In this document: positions 8,351 through 18,929 of the stretch, piece after piece
Layout of the letters: every line of letters starts with the position of its first letter
Position numbering within the stretch: the stretch's first letter is position 1
From: Candidatus Limnocylindria bacterium
GTDB lineage: Bacteria > Chloroflexota > Limnocylindria > QHBO01
Assembly (NCBI GenBank): GCA_036555005.1
Contig: DATBME010000054.1
Coordinates: 1-49,408 of the forward strand
DNA length: 49,408 nucleotides
Reading direction: 5' to 3'
The notes under the pieces: generated by a model
The model's database searches: none
What the model saw: the letters and a program-made list of their open reading frames with translations, nothing else
What the model was told of the DNA's origin: nothing
Made by a program: the position numbers and the translations under genes

Positions 8351-8356
8351 TATACT
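8351..8356 (+). promoter_or_regulatory. Candidate -10 hexamer TATACT for a leaderless thrB transcript
   Basis: TATACT-N7-ATG(8364), with no SD in between. The same architecture recurs across the window. Confidence 0.4.
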
Positions 8357-8363
8357 CGGCCGC

Positions 8364-9301
8364 ATGCCCGCCCTCGCCTCGGTCGACGTGCCGGCCAGCA
8401 CCGCCAACCTGGGCAGCGGCTTCGACTGCTTCGCGGCCGCGCTCAGCCTGAAGCTGCGCGTCGAGCTGTACGAGGGCAGCGAGGCCGGAATCACGCTGAA
8501 CGCCCACGGGGAGGGCGTGCCGCACGCCGATGCCGACCCGGAGCAGAACCTCATCATCCGCGCCTTCCGCGAGGGCATGCGCACCGCCCTGGGCGCGCCG
8601 ATGGGCAGCGGCGCGTGGCGACTGGAGGTGAGCAGCATGATCCCGGCCGCGCGCGGGCTGGGCAGCTCGGCGGCGGCCATCGTCGGCGGGCTGCTGCTCG
8701 GCGCCAGTGTCGGCCGCTCGGCTCCGCCGCCCGATGCGCTGCTCTCCCAGGCGGTGGCACTCGAGGGCCACGCCGACAACGTGGCGGCGGCGATGTACGG
8801 CGGCATCACCCTGGCCGTGCCCCGCGAGGATGGGACGGTGACGCTGCGCCGCTTCCGGGTGCCGGAGGCGTGGATCCCGGTCCTGTTCATCGCCGGCCGG
8901 GAGAGCCATACGGCCGACATGCGGTCGGCCCTGCCGCCGCAGGTGCCCCACGAGGTGGCGGCGCGGCAGGCGGGCCGCAGCGCGCTGCTGGCCACGGCGG
9001 TGCTGACCTCGGACGCCGGCATGCTGGCCGAGGCCATGCGCGACGGCCTGCACCAGCCCTTCCGCCTGCCCCATCTCCCCGGCGCGGCCGAGCTGATCGC
9101 GCTGGCCTACGAGCGCGGGGCGGCCGGGGCCTGCCTCTCGGGCGCCGGGCCGAGCGTGCTGGCCATCTGCGACTCACCGGTCAGCGCGCACTCGGTCGAG
9201 AAGGCCTGGAACGGGGCGGGGATGCAGGGGATGGCCACCCGGCTGCGGTTCGACACCAATGGCGCCCGCCTGGCCAGCGCGGCCACGCCGACGGAGGAGC
9301 C

Positions 9302-9305
<4 letters not shown>
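8364..9305 (+). CDS. thrB: Homoserine kinase
   Basis: 313 aa from the internal ATG. GHMP kinase motifs VPASTANLGSGFDCF and IPAARGLGSSAAAIVGG. Confidence 0.9.
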
Positions 9306-11301
<1,996 letters not shown>

Positions 11302-11305
<4 letters not shown>

Positions 11306-12279
11306 GGCCGGCTGGGCCGCAGCGCGACCTGGTCGGCGCCGCCCTGGTCGTGGCGGCGGCGTCCTGCTTCGCCACCCTGGGACCACTGGCCGCCTTCGCC
11401 GCCGACGAGGGTGTGACCAGCCTGGCCCTGGTCACCTGGCGGGCCGGCCTGGGCGGGCTGTGCCTGCTGCTGGCGCTGGCCAGCTGGCGGGCGCTCGGCC
11501 ACCACGTCGCCGTCATGCGCCTGGGCACCTTGCCCGCGCGCGACCGCTGGTCGATGGTTGGTGCCGCGGTCGCCAACTCGATCCTGAACCTGAGCATGTT
11601 CATCGCTTTCGCCAGGGTGGGCATCACCCTGTCGCTGCTCGTCTTCTACCTGTACCCCGCCTTCGTGGCGCTCGCCTCGGTGGCCTGGTTCGGCGACCGG
11701 CTGGACGGCCTGCGCTGGAGCGCCCTTGGCTTGTCGATGGTCGGCATCGTCCTGGTGGTCGCGGGCGCCGGCCAGATCGGCGAGCTGGACGCGATCGGCA
11801 TCGGGCTGGCGCTCATCGGGGCCCTGGGCCAGACCTTCTACGTCATGGCCGCTCGCCACGGCTTCGCCCAGGTGCCGGGCGCCCAGGCGGCGTTTCTGAC
11901 CATGGCCGGGGCGACCGCCATCTATGTCGTGCTGGCGCTCCTCTTCGCCCAGGCCGGCACCCTGCTGCAGCCGCTGGACAGCGCGGCCGCCTTCTGGCCG
12001 GTGCTGCTCACCGGCGTCATCGGGGCCAGCCTTCCCACCTTCCTCTACATCACCGGCATCCGCCGCCTGGGCGCGCCTCGGGCGGCCATCCTGTCGACCT
12101 TCGAGCCGGTGGTCGGCGTCGCCCTGGCCGCCGCCCTGCTCGGCGAGCAGCCCGGGCCGCTGCAGCTGGTGGGCGGGGCGCTGATCGTGGCGGCCGCCAT
12201 CGCGCTCCAGCTGCGGCCGCACGCCGAGCTGGCCGAGCACGAGGCCTACGCCGAGAGGGACCCCGCCGTCAGCTCATGA
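11302..12279 (+). CDS. EamA/DMT-family transporter
   Basis: GTG in a GTGA overlap with the ABC-F stop. About 10 hydrophobic helices arranged as two EamA-like halves. Confidence 0.75.
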
Positions 12280-13306
12280 GCGCTGCGTGGATGGCCCGGG
12301 CCGCGGCTCCGGCCTGCTCCAGCGGGACCTCCGCCCAGACGACCCGCAGGCCGCCCTCGTCGAAGCTGCCGGCACCATGGGCAGGGACCGGCAACAGCTC
12401 GGGGACCATCGGCGCCGGGCCGACCACGCTGACCCGCGCGATCCGCTGCTTGCGATCGACCGCCAGCATGAGCGCGCCCTGAGCCTCGGCGCCGCGCGGC
12501 CGCACCGCACGGACCAGGGTCTGCGGCGCCTCCGCATCCAGGGCACGGACCAGCAGTGGCAGGCGGCCGCGGCGAGCGCGGCGCACCGCCACCGGGTGGA
12601 CGACCTCGGCGCCCTGCTCGGCCAGCAGCTCCAGCTGCAGGGCATCCACCTCGGCCAGGCGGCGCGCCGCCGGCACCAGGTGCGGATCGGCCTCCATCAC
12701 GCCGCCGACGTCTTTGAACAGCTCGCAGCGCACCGCCCGCAGCGCCACCGCCAGCACCACGGCGGACAGGTCCGTGCCGCCGCGACCGAGCGTGGTGAGC
12801 TCGCCGTGCGTGCCGATCCCCTGGAAGCCCGCCACCACCGGCACCAGCCCCTCGGCCAGCGCGGCCCGCAGGCGGCGCGGGAGGACGCGGCGCACCTCCG
12901 CCCCCAGGTGAGCGGCGGCGGTGCGGATGCCGGCCTCGGCGCCGCTGAAGGACCGGGCCGGAATGCCACGCGCCTGCAGGCCCAGCGTGAAGAGCGCCGC
13001 CGAGAGCGCCTCGCCCGTCGCCAGCGCCCGATCGGCCTCGCGCGCGAAGGCGGAGTCACCCCCATGGCTGGGCTGGCGCAGCGCCGCCCCGTCATCCGGC
13101 AGCAGCACGGCAGCCGAGGCGAGGATCGCATCGGTCACGCCTTCGAAGGCCGAGACCACGACCACCGGACGCAGCCCCGCCGCACGCTGCTCGGCGACCG
13201 CGGCCACCGCCGCGGCGATGTCGGGCGGGCGACGCAGGACGGAGCCGCCGAACTTGTCGACGACGACCGGCTCGGGGGGCGGCCGGGTGGCTCGCGCGGC
13301 GCACAT
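12269..13306 (-). CDS. Aspartate-kinase-like amino-acid kinase (short, about one ACT-like C-terminal module)
   Basis: VVVDKFGGSVL...VVVVSAFEGVTD...GRGGTDLSAVVLAVAL...FKDVGGVMEADP. 345 aa. TAGAGT-N9-ATG lies upstream. The 3-prime end overlaps the EamA gene by 11 nt (convergent). Confidence 0.7.
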   Translation of the reverse strand: MCAARATRPPPEPVVVDKFGGSVLRRPPDIAAAVAAVAEQRAAGLRPVVVVSAFEGVTDAILASAAVLLPDDGAALRQPSHGGDSAFAREADRALATGEALSAALFTLGLQARGIPARSFSGAEAGIRTAAAHLGAEVRRVLPRRLRAALAEGLVPVVAGFQGIGTHGELTTLGRGGTDLSAVVLAVALRAVRCELFKDVGGVMEADPHLVPAARRLAEVDALQLELLAEQGAEVVHPVAVRRARRGRLPLLVRALDAEAPQTLVRAVRPRGAEAQGALMLAVDRKQRIARVSVVGPAPMVPELLPVPAHGAGSFDEGGLRVVWAEVPLEQAGAAARAIHAALMS

Positions 13307-13419
13307 TGGTGGCTCACTCTAGCCCGCGCGCTGCAGCAGACAGCGACCGCGCCGGCGCGAGATGACTATCCTCGATGGCGACGCTGGAGACCGCTGCCGG
13401 CCCCATCCGGAGACCGCCG

Positions 13420-14472
13420 ATGCCCATCATCCGCCGCCGAGCGGCCGTCGCGATGCTCAGCCTGGCCCTGGCGGTGACCGCGGTGCTCGCGCCGCCCCTG
13501 CATCCCGCCGCCGCGGCGGCAGCGCGGCGCCCCAACCTGCAGATGGTTCGCCTGCATGACTGGCACATCCAGAACGTCTCGGGCCGGCGCCTGCTCCGCT
13601 TCTCGACCATCTTCGTCAACGCCGGACCAGGCCGGTTCGAGCTGCGCGGCGCCCGGTCGTCGCGCGCCGACCAGACGATGGGCTACGACCAGGTCCTGTA
13701 CCGCGCGGACGGCACTCGCTTCCGGCGGCCCACCCAGGCGGTGGGCCGCTACGCGGGCGACGGCCACAACCATTGGCACGTCCAGAACGTAGTGACCTAC
13801 GAGGCCTGGAAGCTGAACGATCCCGATCGCGCCCGGCGGGGGGCGAAGACCGGGTTCTGCTTCTTCGACACCACGCCGTGGAACCTATCGCTGCCGCATG
13901 CGCGGCAGTCGGGCTTCTACCGGCAGGAATGGTGCGGCACCGTGGCCAGCATGACCAACCACGTCGGCGTCTCGGTCGGCTGGGGCGACGCGTATCCCTG
14001 GGACTTCGTCTTCCAGTGGATCGACATCACCGGCCTGCCGGGCGGGGTCTACCGCGTGCGGGCCACGGTCGATATCCAGGACTTCTACCGCGAGGCCGAC
14101 GAGCTCGACAACTGCGTGTGGACCGAGCTGCGAATCCCGGCGCCCGGCAACGGCAACACGCCCGCCGTCCTGCGGAGCGGACGCGGCTGCGGCGAGAACG
14201 CGGTGACGCCGGTGGCCTCATTCCCATCGGGCGCCACCTTCGAGCCGGCGCGGAAGGTGACCCTCGCCGCCGGCGTCCACGTCGGATGGACCTTCAACGC
14301 GGCCGGCACCCGGCTGCGCAGCCTGGCGCGGAACCTGGCCGGGCAGCGGACCGTCACCGCGACGGCGCGCGCCAGGCCGCCGGGCGAGAGCGGCCACTGG
14401 CTCTACCTGGCATCCGGATCGCTGGCCGGCTACTGGCTCCGGCAGGGAGAGGGCGTCCGGCTGGAGCCGTGA
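13420..14472 (+). CDS. Secreted lysyl-oxidase-like copper amine oxidase (LOX catalytic domain plus a roughly 110-aa C-terminal extension)
   Basis: Signal-like MPIIRRRAAVAMLSLALAVTAV. HNHWH corresponds to the LOX Cu site HxHxH. AKTGFCFFDT matches HKASFCLEDT, GWGDAYPW matches GCYDTY, and QWIDITGLPGGVYRVRATV matches QWIDITDVKPGNYILKVSV. ATG at 13420 has GGAG 7 nt upstream. The track start at 13375 lies only 2 nt after a TATCCT hexamer. Confidence 0.8.
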   Translation: MPIIRRRAAVAMLSLALAVTAVLAPPLHPAAAAAARRPNLQMVRLHDWHIQNVSGRRLLRFSTIFVNAGPGRFELRGARSSRADQTMGYDQVLYRADGTRFRRPTQAVGRYAGDGHNHWHVQNVVTYEAWKLNDPDRARRGAKTGFCFFDTTPWNLSLPHARQSGFYRQEWCGTVASMTNHVGVSVGWGDAYPWDFVFQWIDITGLPGGVYRVRATVDIQDFYREADELDNCVWTELRIPAPGNGNTPAVLRSGRGCGENAVTPVASFPSGATFEPARKVTLAAGVHVGWTFNAAGTRLRSLARNLAGQRTVTATARARPPGESGHWLYLASGSLAGYWLRQGEGVRLEP

Positions 14473-14479
14473 CCTGACG

Positions 14480-15589
14480 CTAGTTGGCCGTGACCCGGAT
14501 GACCTTGTCGTTGACGCCGTTGGAGGTCGTCAGGAAGAGCCGGCCGCCCGGCGCCGTCACCGCCGCCCGCAGCCGTCCCCAGCGGTTGTTGTAGAGCGTG
14601 GGCCGCATGGAGAGATGCCAGTCGCCGGGAACCACCGAGTAGCGCCGCAGGTCGGACTCCTTGAGCGTCGACACGAACAGGTTCCGGTTCCAGCTGCCCC
14701 AGCTGGCGTTGTTGACGAAGACGCAGCCGGAGGTGGCCAGCGTCGGCCCCTCCGACGACCACGCCGGCCGCGTGAATGTGCCGCCGCAGCCGGTGTTCGG
14801 ATGGTTGTTGCCGGTCACGCACGGCCAGCCGTAGTTGCGGCCGGGCCGGATCCAGTTGATCTCATCGTCCCGGTCCGGGCCGTGCTCGGCCGCGTAGGGC
14901 CGACCGGTGCCGGGCTGGAAGCTGATGCCCTGCGGGTTGCGGTGGCCGATCGAGTAGACGATGGTCGGGCCGCTGTGGCCGGGCCAGACCGGGTTGTCGG
15001 CCGGGACGGTGCCGTCACGGTTGATGCGCATGACCTTGCCGTTGCGGCGATCGGGGTCCTGGGCCCACGGGCTGTGGGCGGCGTCACCCATAGTCACCCA
15101 CAGCTTCTGGTCGGGGCCGATCTGCACCGCACAGCCGTTGTGGATGGTGTTGGCCACCATGCCGGTCTTGATGATGTAGCGGTTGAACCGGAGCTGCCAG
15201 GCGCTCGTCACGCGGTAGCGGATCACCTGGTTGCGCCACTGGCCGTTGTAGGTGCGTGAGGCGCAGACGAAGATGAACCGATTGGTGCTGAAGAGCGGGT
15301 CGACGGCGATGCCCATCACCCCGGCCTCGCCCTCCGCGCGCACGTTCGCAATCCTCGAGGTGGCCAGCAGCCGGGCGTTCGGACTGCCGCTGGCGTACAC
15401 GCGCACTCGTCCCGGCCGCTCGGTGACGAACATCTGGCCATTCGGGGCGAAGGCGACGTCCCACGGGACGGCCAGCCCGTCCTGCACCACCCGGCCCACC
15501 AGCGTCGGCGCGGCCAGGGCGGGCGTGGGCAGCAGGATGGTCAGGCTGAGGATGAGCGTGGCCAGGGTGGCGAGGCGGACGCGCGACAC
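14480..15589 (-). CDS. Secreted PQQ-dependent sugar (glucose/sorbosone) dehydrogenase, beta-propeller type
   Basis: PWDVAFAPNGQMFVTERPGRVRV...GVMGIAVDP...HNGCAVQIGPDQKLWVTMGD...GKVMRINRDGTVPADNP...GHRNPQGISF...EINWIRPGRNYGWP. GTG at 15589 has GGAGGA 5 nt upstream and opens a signal peptide. The track start is 15625. Confidence 0.85.
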   Translation of the reverse strand: MSRVRLATLATLILSLTILLPTPALAAPTLVGRVVQDGLAVPWDVAFAPNGQMFVTERPGRVRVYASGSPNARLLATSRIANVRAEGEAGVMGIAVDPLFSTNRFIFVCASRTYNGQWRNQVIRYRVTSAWQLRFNRYIIKTGMVANTIHNGCAVQIGPDQKLWVTMGDAAHSPWAQDPDRRNGKVMRINRDGTVPADNPVWPGHSGPTIVYSIGHRNPQGISFQPGTGRPYAAEHGPDRDDEINWIRPGRNYGWPCVTGNNHPNTGCGGTFTRPAWSSEGPTLATSGCVFVNNASWGSWNRNLFVSTLKESDLRRYSVVPGDWHLSMRPTLYNNRWGRLRAAVTAPGGRLFLTTSNGVNDKVIRVTAN

Positions 15590-15709
15590 GAAAGTCCTCC
15601 GGGCAGGCGATGAGTGCAAAATCACGGGAACTCTACGGCAGGCTCACCGGCCCCCGTCGCTGGATTTGGATCAGGCGATGGCGCCCGAGCCTGGCGTACC
15701 CTCGCCCGC

Positions 15710-16636
15710 ATGACAGCTCGAGCCACCCCCGCACCGACTGACCGCCGGGCGCTGCGGGGCGTCCGTCTGCGCATCCTGGCCTGGTACGCCGCGGCGGCGC
15801 GCGACGTGCCCTGGCGGCGCACGACCGATCCGTGGGCGGTGCTGGTCAGCGAGGTGATGCTGCAGCAGACCCAGGCGTCACGCGTCGCTGATCGCTTCGC
15901 CGGCTTCCTGGCGCGCTTCCCGACACCAGCCGCCATGGCCGCGGCCCCCACCGCCGACGTGCTGGCCGCCTGGTCCGGGCTCGGCTACAACCGCCGGGCG
16001 CTGGCCCTGCACCGGGCCGGCCAGCAGCTGGCCACCACCCGCTGGCCGTCGACGGTTGCGGGGCTACAGGCGCTGCCCGGGGTCGGCCCCTACACCGCCC
16101 GGGCGGTCGCGGCACTCGCCTTCGGCCAGCCGGTCGGGGCGGTGGACACCAACGTGCGCCGATGGCTGGTGCGCCGCTTCGGCCTCCCCCCGCCGGCGAC
16201 GCCGGCCCGGCTGCAGGCCGTGGCCGACGGGCTGGCCGCGGCCGATCCGGACACGACGGCCACCGGAGCGGCGGACTGGATGCATGCCAGCATGGAGTTC
16301 GGCGCCGTGATCTGCAGGGCGCGGTCGCCGCGGTGCGAGATCTGCCCCGTCAGGGCCGGCTGCCCGTCCCGCGGCTCGGCGTCGCACGTGCCGGTCCCGC
16401 GACAGATGGCCTTCGCCGGCTCGGAGCGCCTGCTCCGCGGCCGTCTGCTGCGCGAGCTGTCGAGCGGCGCGCGCCATGCCATGCCCCTGGCCCGGGCGCG
16501 GGAGCTGGGGGAAGGGCACGACCTCGAGCGCGTGCTGCAGCGCCTGGAGCGCGACGGACTGGTCCATCGCCGCGGCGCCTGGCTCCGGCTGGGCCCGGGC
16601 CCGGCGTCGGGGGCACCCTCTACAATCGGCTCGTGA
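15710..16636 (+). CDS. mutY: A/G-specific adenine DNA glycosylase
   Basis: VSEVMLQQTQ (catalytic Glu), HhH LPGVGPYTARAV, VDTNVRR, and the 4Fe-4S motif CRARSPRCEICPVRAGC. TACCCT-N7-ATG lies upstream. Confidence 0.85.
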   Translation: MTARATPAPTDRRALRGVRLRILAWYAAAARDVPWRRTTDPWAVLVSEVMLQQTQASRVADRFAGFLARFPTPAAMAAAPTADVLAAWSGLGYNRRALALHRAGQQLATTRWPSTVAGLQALPGVGPYTARAVAALAFGQPVGAVDTNVRRWLVRRFGLPPPATPARLQAVADGLAAADPDTTATGAADWMHASMEFGAVICRARSPRCEICPVRAGCPSRGSASHVPVPRQMAFAGSERLLRGRLLRELSSGARHAMPLARARELGEGHDLERVLQRLERDGLVHRRGAWLRLGPGPASGAPSTIGS

Positions 16637-17130
16637 CCCTCACCGCGCCCGGCCTCCGGGTTTCGATCGGCGATCAGCTGCCATCGGTGGGCCTCCGCGC
16701 GACGGACGGCTACCTCCTCAACCTGCGCAGCTTCGTGGCCCGCTCGCCATCGATCGTCGTCTTCTTCGCCGGCCCGTCGCTGCGTGGCGACCGGCGCGCG
16801 GCCGGCGACCTGATGGCCACCACGCTGGCCCAGGCCTACCCGCGCCTGGAGCGTGCCGGGATCGGCCTGGTCGCGGTCACCACCGACTCGGAGCAGCAGC
16901 AGGCGGCCTACGTGCAGGAGCTCGAGCTCCCTTACCTGCTCTACTGCGACGAGCGGCGCACCGCGGTCCAGCTGCTGGGCATCCCGACCCGCAACGAGCG
17001 CGGCAACGTCAACGCCGAGCCGACCGCCTTCGCCATCTCGATCGACGGCGAGATCCTGGACCTGGTGGCGCGCGCCGAGCCGCGCGGCCTGGTGGCGCGC
17101 CTGGTCGAGGCCATCAACCCACCCACCTGA
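16633..17130 (+). CDS. BCP/peroxiredoxin-fold protein lacking the peroxidatic cysteine
   Basis: GTG in a GTGA overlap with the mutY stop. BCP-like layout IVVFFAGPS...GIGLVAVTTDSEQQQAAYVQELELPYLLYCDE, but the FYPKDxTPGC position reads AGPSLRGDRRAAGD. Confidence 0.6.
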   Translation: MTLTAPGLRVSIGDQLPSVGLRATDGYLLNLRSFVARSPSIVVFFAGPSLRGDRRAAGDLMATTLAQAYPRLERAGIGLVAVTTDSEQQQAAYVQELELPYLLYCDERRTAVQLLGIPTRNERGNVNAEPTAFAISIDGEILDLVARAEPRGLVARLVEAINPPT

Positions 17131-17156
17131 CCGTCCGGCCACCGATCGCCTGACCG

Positions 17157-18179
17157 ATGCTCGCCGTTCGCACCCACCACGCCGGCGAGCCGCTGCGAAT
17201 CGAGGATCTCCCCGAGCCCGCACCGCAGGGCGCGGAGGTGCGGGTCCGGGTCGCCGGCTGCGGCGTCTGCCACACCGACCTGCACATCGCCCGGACCGAC
17301 CGCTTGCGGGTGACCCGGCCGCTCACCCTGGGCCACGAGATCGGCGGCTGGCTGGATGCCGCCGGCCCGGAGGCGGCGGGACCGATGCGCCGCGCGCGGG
17401 TGAGCATCGGCGACGCGGTGCTCGTCTACGGCGGATGGGGCTGTGGCGCCTGCCGCGAGTGCGCGCGCGGCGAGGAGCAGCGCTGCGAGCGGAGCGAGGC
17501 GCCCGGCTTCCAGCGCGACGGGGGCTACGCCGAGCAGGTGCTGGTGCCGAGCGCCCGCTACCTGGTGCCGCTGCGCGAGCTGGACCCGGTGGAGGCGGCG
17601 CCGCTGGCCGATGCCGGCGTCACGCCCTACCGCGCCGTGCTGCGCGCCAGGCCCTGGCTGACGCCGGGGACGCGCGTGCTGCTGATCGGCTTCGGCGGCC
17701 TCGGCCAGTTCGCGATCCAGTTCCTGCGACGGATCCCCGACCTCACCATCGCGGTGCGCGAGCTGGATCCGGACAAGCTGGCGCATGCCGCCCAGCTGGG
17801 GGCGGACCTCGGCCTGCTGGCCGGCGACGAGTCGCTGGTGACGCTGGGCCTGGGCGGCCACGCGGACGTGGTGTTCGACTTCGTGGGCACCGACGACACG
17901 CTCGACTACGCGGCCCGCAACGTCGAGCCCGGCGGCCTGATCTCGCTGGTCGGCGAGGCGGGCGGCCACCTGGCGTTCGGGTTCGACCGGCCGCCGGTCG
18001 AGACCTACGCCACCACCACCGCCTGGGGGTCGCTGGCCGATCTGCGCGAGGTGGTCCGCCTCGCCAGCCGCGGACGCCTGCGCTGGTCGGTGGACCGCAT
18101 GCCGCTGCGCAGGGCGCGCTCCGCCCACGACCGGCTGCTGGCCGGCAAGGTGAAGGGCCGGATCGTCCTCACCCCCTAG
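17157..18179 (+). CDS. Zinc-dependent alcohol dehydrogenase family oxidoreductase
   Basis: GCGVCHTDLH, GHEIGG, structural-Zn motif CGACRECARGEEQRC, and Rossmann motif LLIGFGGLG. Confidence 0.9.
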   Translation: MLAVRTHHAGEPLRIEDLPEPAPQGAEVRVRVAGCGVCHTDLHIARTDRLRVTRPLTLGHEIGGWLDAAGPEAAGPMRRARVSIGDAVLVYGGWGCGACRECARGEEQRCERSEAPGFQRDGGYAEQVLVPSARYLVPLRELDPVEAAPLADAGVTPYRAVLRARPWLTPGTRVLLIGFGGLGQFAIQFLRRIPDLTIAVRELDPDKLAHAAQLGADLGLLAGDESLVTLGLGGHADVVFDFVGTDDTLDYAARNVEPGGLISLVGEAGGHLAFGFDRPPVETYATTTAWGSLADLREVVRLASRGRLRWSVDRMPLRRARSAHDRLLAGKVKGRIVLTP

Positions 18180-18206
18180 CCGGGGCGTTCGCGGGGGTAC
18201 CGCGGG

Positions 18207-18929
18207 TCAGTCGCCGAGCAGGCGACCGATGATCCCCTTCGGCTTATCGTGAGTGCGCACGTACCACGGGCCGGCCACCGACTCGTAGGCCTCGCGCACC
18301 GGCGCGGCCGACAGGTCGGTCACCGCCAGGTCACGACGTCCGGCCAGGTGCTTGTCGGCCAGTGCGTGCAGCCGGTTGCGAACCTCGTCGAAGGAGGCCA
18401 GCTCCGCCTCGGGCACCAGCTGGATACCCACCGTCCAGCCCGTTCCGGCGCGCAGCACCCACGCCCGCTCGACCTGTGGCAGCTCGCCCAGCTGGCGCTG
18501 CAGCTCCGCGCCGAAGGGTTGCGGCACCTCGTTCGGCGCCTCGAGCGGGGGCAGCTCACCGTACGGCCGCCGTGCGCGCATCGCCTCCGGTGTGGTGGGG
18601 TCGATGCCGGCCGCCAGGAAGGGCAGGACCGCGGCCGGCACCTCGATCTGGGCCGGCGCCCCGGGATCGATGACCACCCGCTCGCCGGCCGACTCGGCGC
18701 GGGCGAAGACGTCGCGCGCCGGCAGCTCGATGGCGTCGCTGCCCGGCGGGCCGAACTCGCGATACATCTCTGCCGAGGTGTAGGCGGCCAGGAAACGGCC
18801 GCCTTCGTCGGATCCGTGGCGCATCGCCTCGACCGGCACGCGCGCGGGGTCCACGTCCTGGCCCGAGCTCGTGCGGATCGGCACCACCAGGCGCATCTCC
18901 AGCAGCTCGCCCAGGCCCGACTCGGTCAC
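18207..18929 (-). CDS. SseB-like family protein (hypothetical)
   Basis: 240 aa. LVVPIR...GGRFLAAYTSAEMYREFG... resembles the SseB N-terminal domain pattern. GTGA overlap with the gltX stop. Confidence 0.45.
   Translation of the reverse strand: MTESGLGELLEMRLVVPIRTSSGQDVDPARVPVEAMRHGSDEGGRFLAAYTSAEMYREFGPPGSDAIELPARDVFARAESAGERVVIDPGAPAQIEVPAAVLPFLAAGIDPTTPEAMRARRPYGELPPLEAPNEVPQPFGAELQRQLGELPQVERAWVLRAGTGWTVGIQLVPEAELASFDEVRNRLHALADKHLAGRRDLAVTDLSAAPVREAYESVAGPWYVRTHDKPKGIIGRLLGD

Noticed and set aside
8132-8363. Threonine-type transcription attenuator (leader peptide plus terminator) controlling thrB
   Set aside because: The 52-aa ORF is too long and is not enriched in Thr or Ile regulatory codons. 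I found no alternative antiterminator pairing. thrB has its own TATACT-N7-ATG immediately after the terminator, so insulation is the simpler reading.
8615-9301. 5-prime extensions of track ORFs (8615..11305, 25421..27376, 26878..28623, 32628..34820, 38704..41514, 21503..22642, 22154..23065, 6322..7170)
   Set aside because: The extended parts overlap neighbouring well-supported genes in other frames and translate to low-complexity sequence. Internal starts with an SD, stop/start coupling or the TANNNT-N6-9 architecture give family-typical N-termini.
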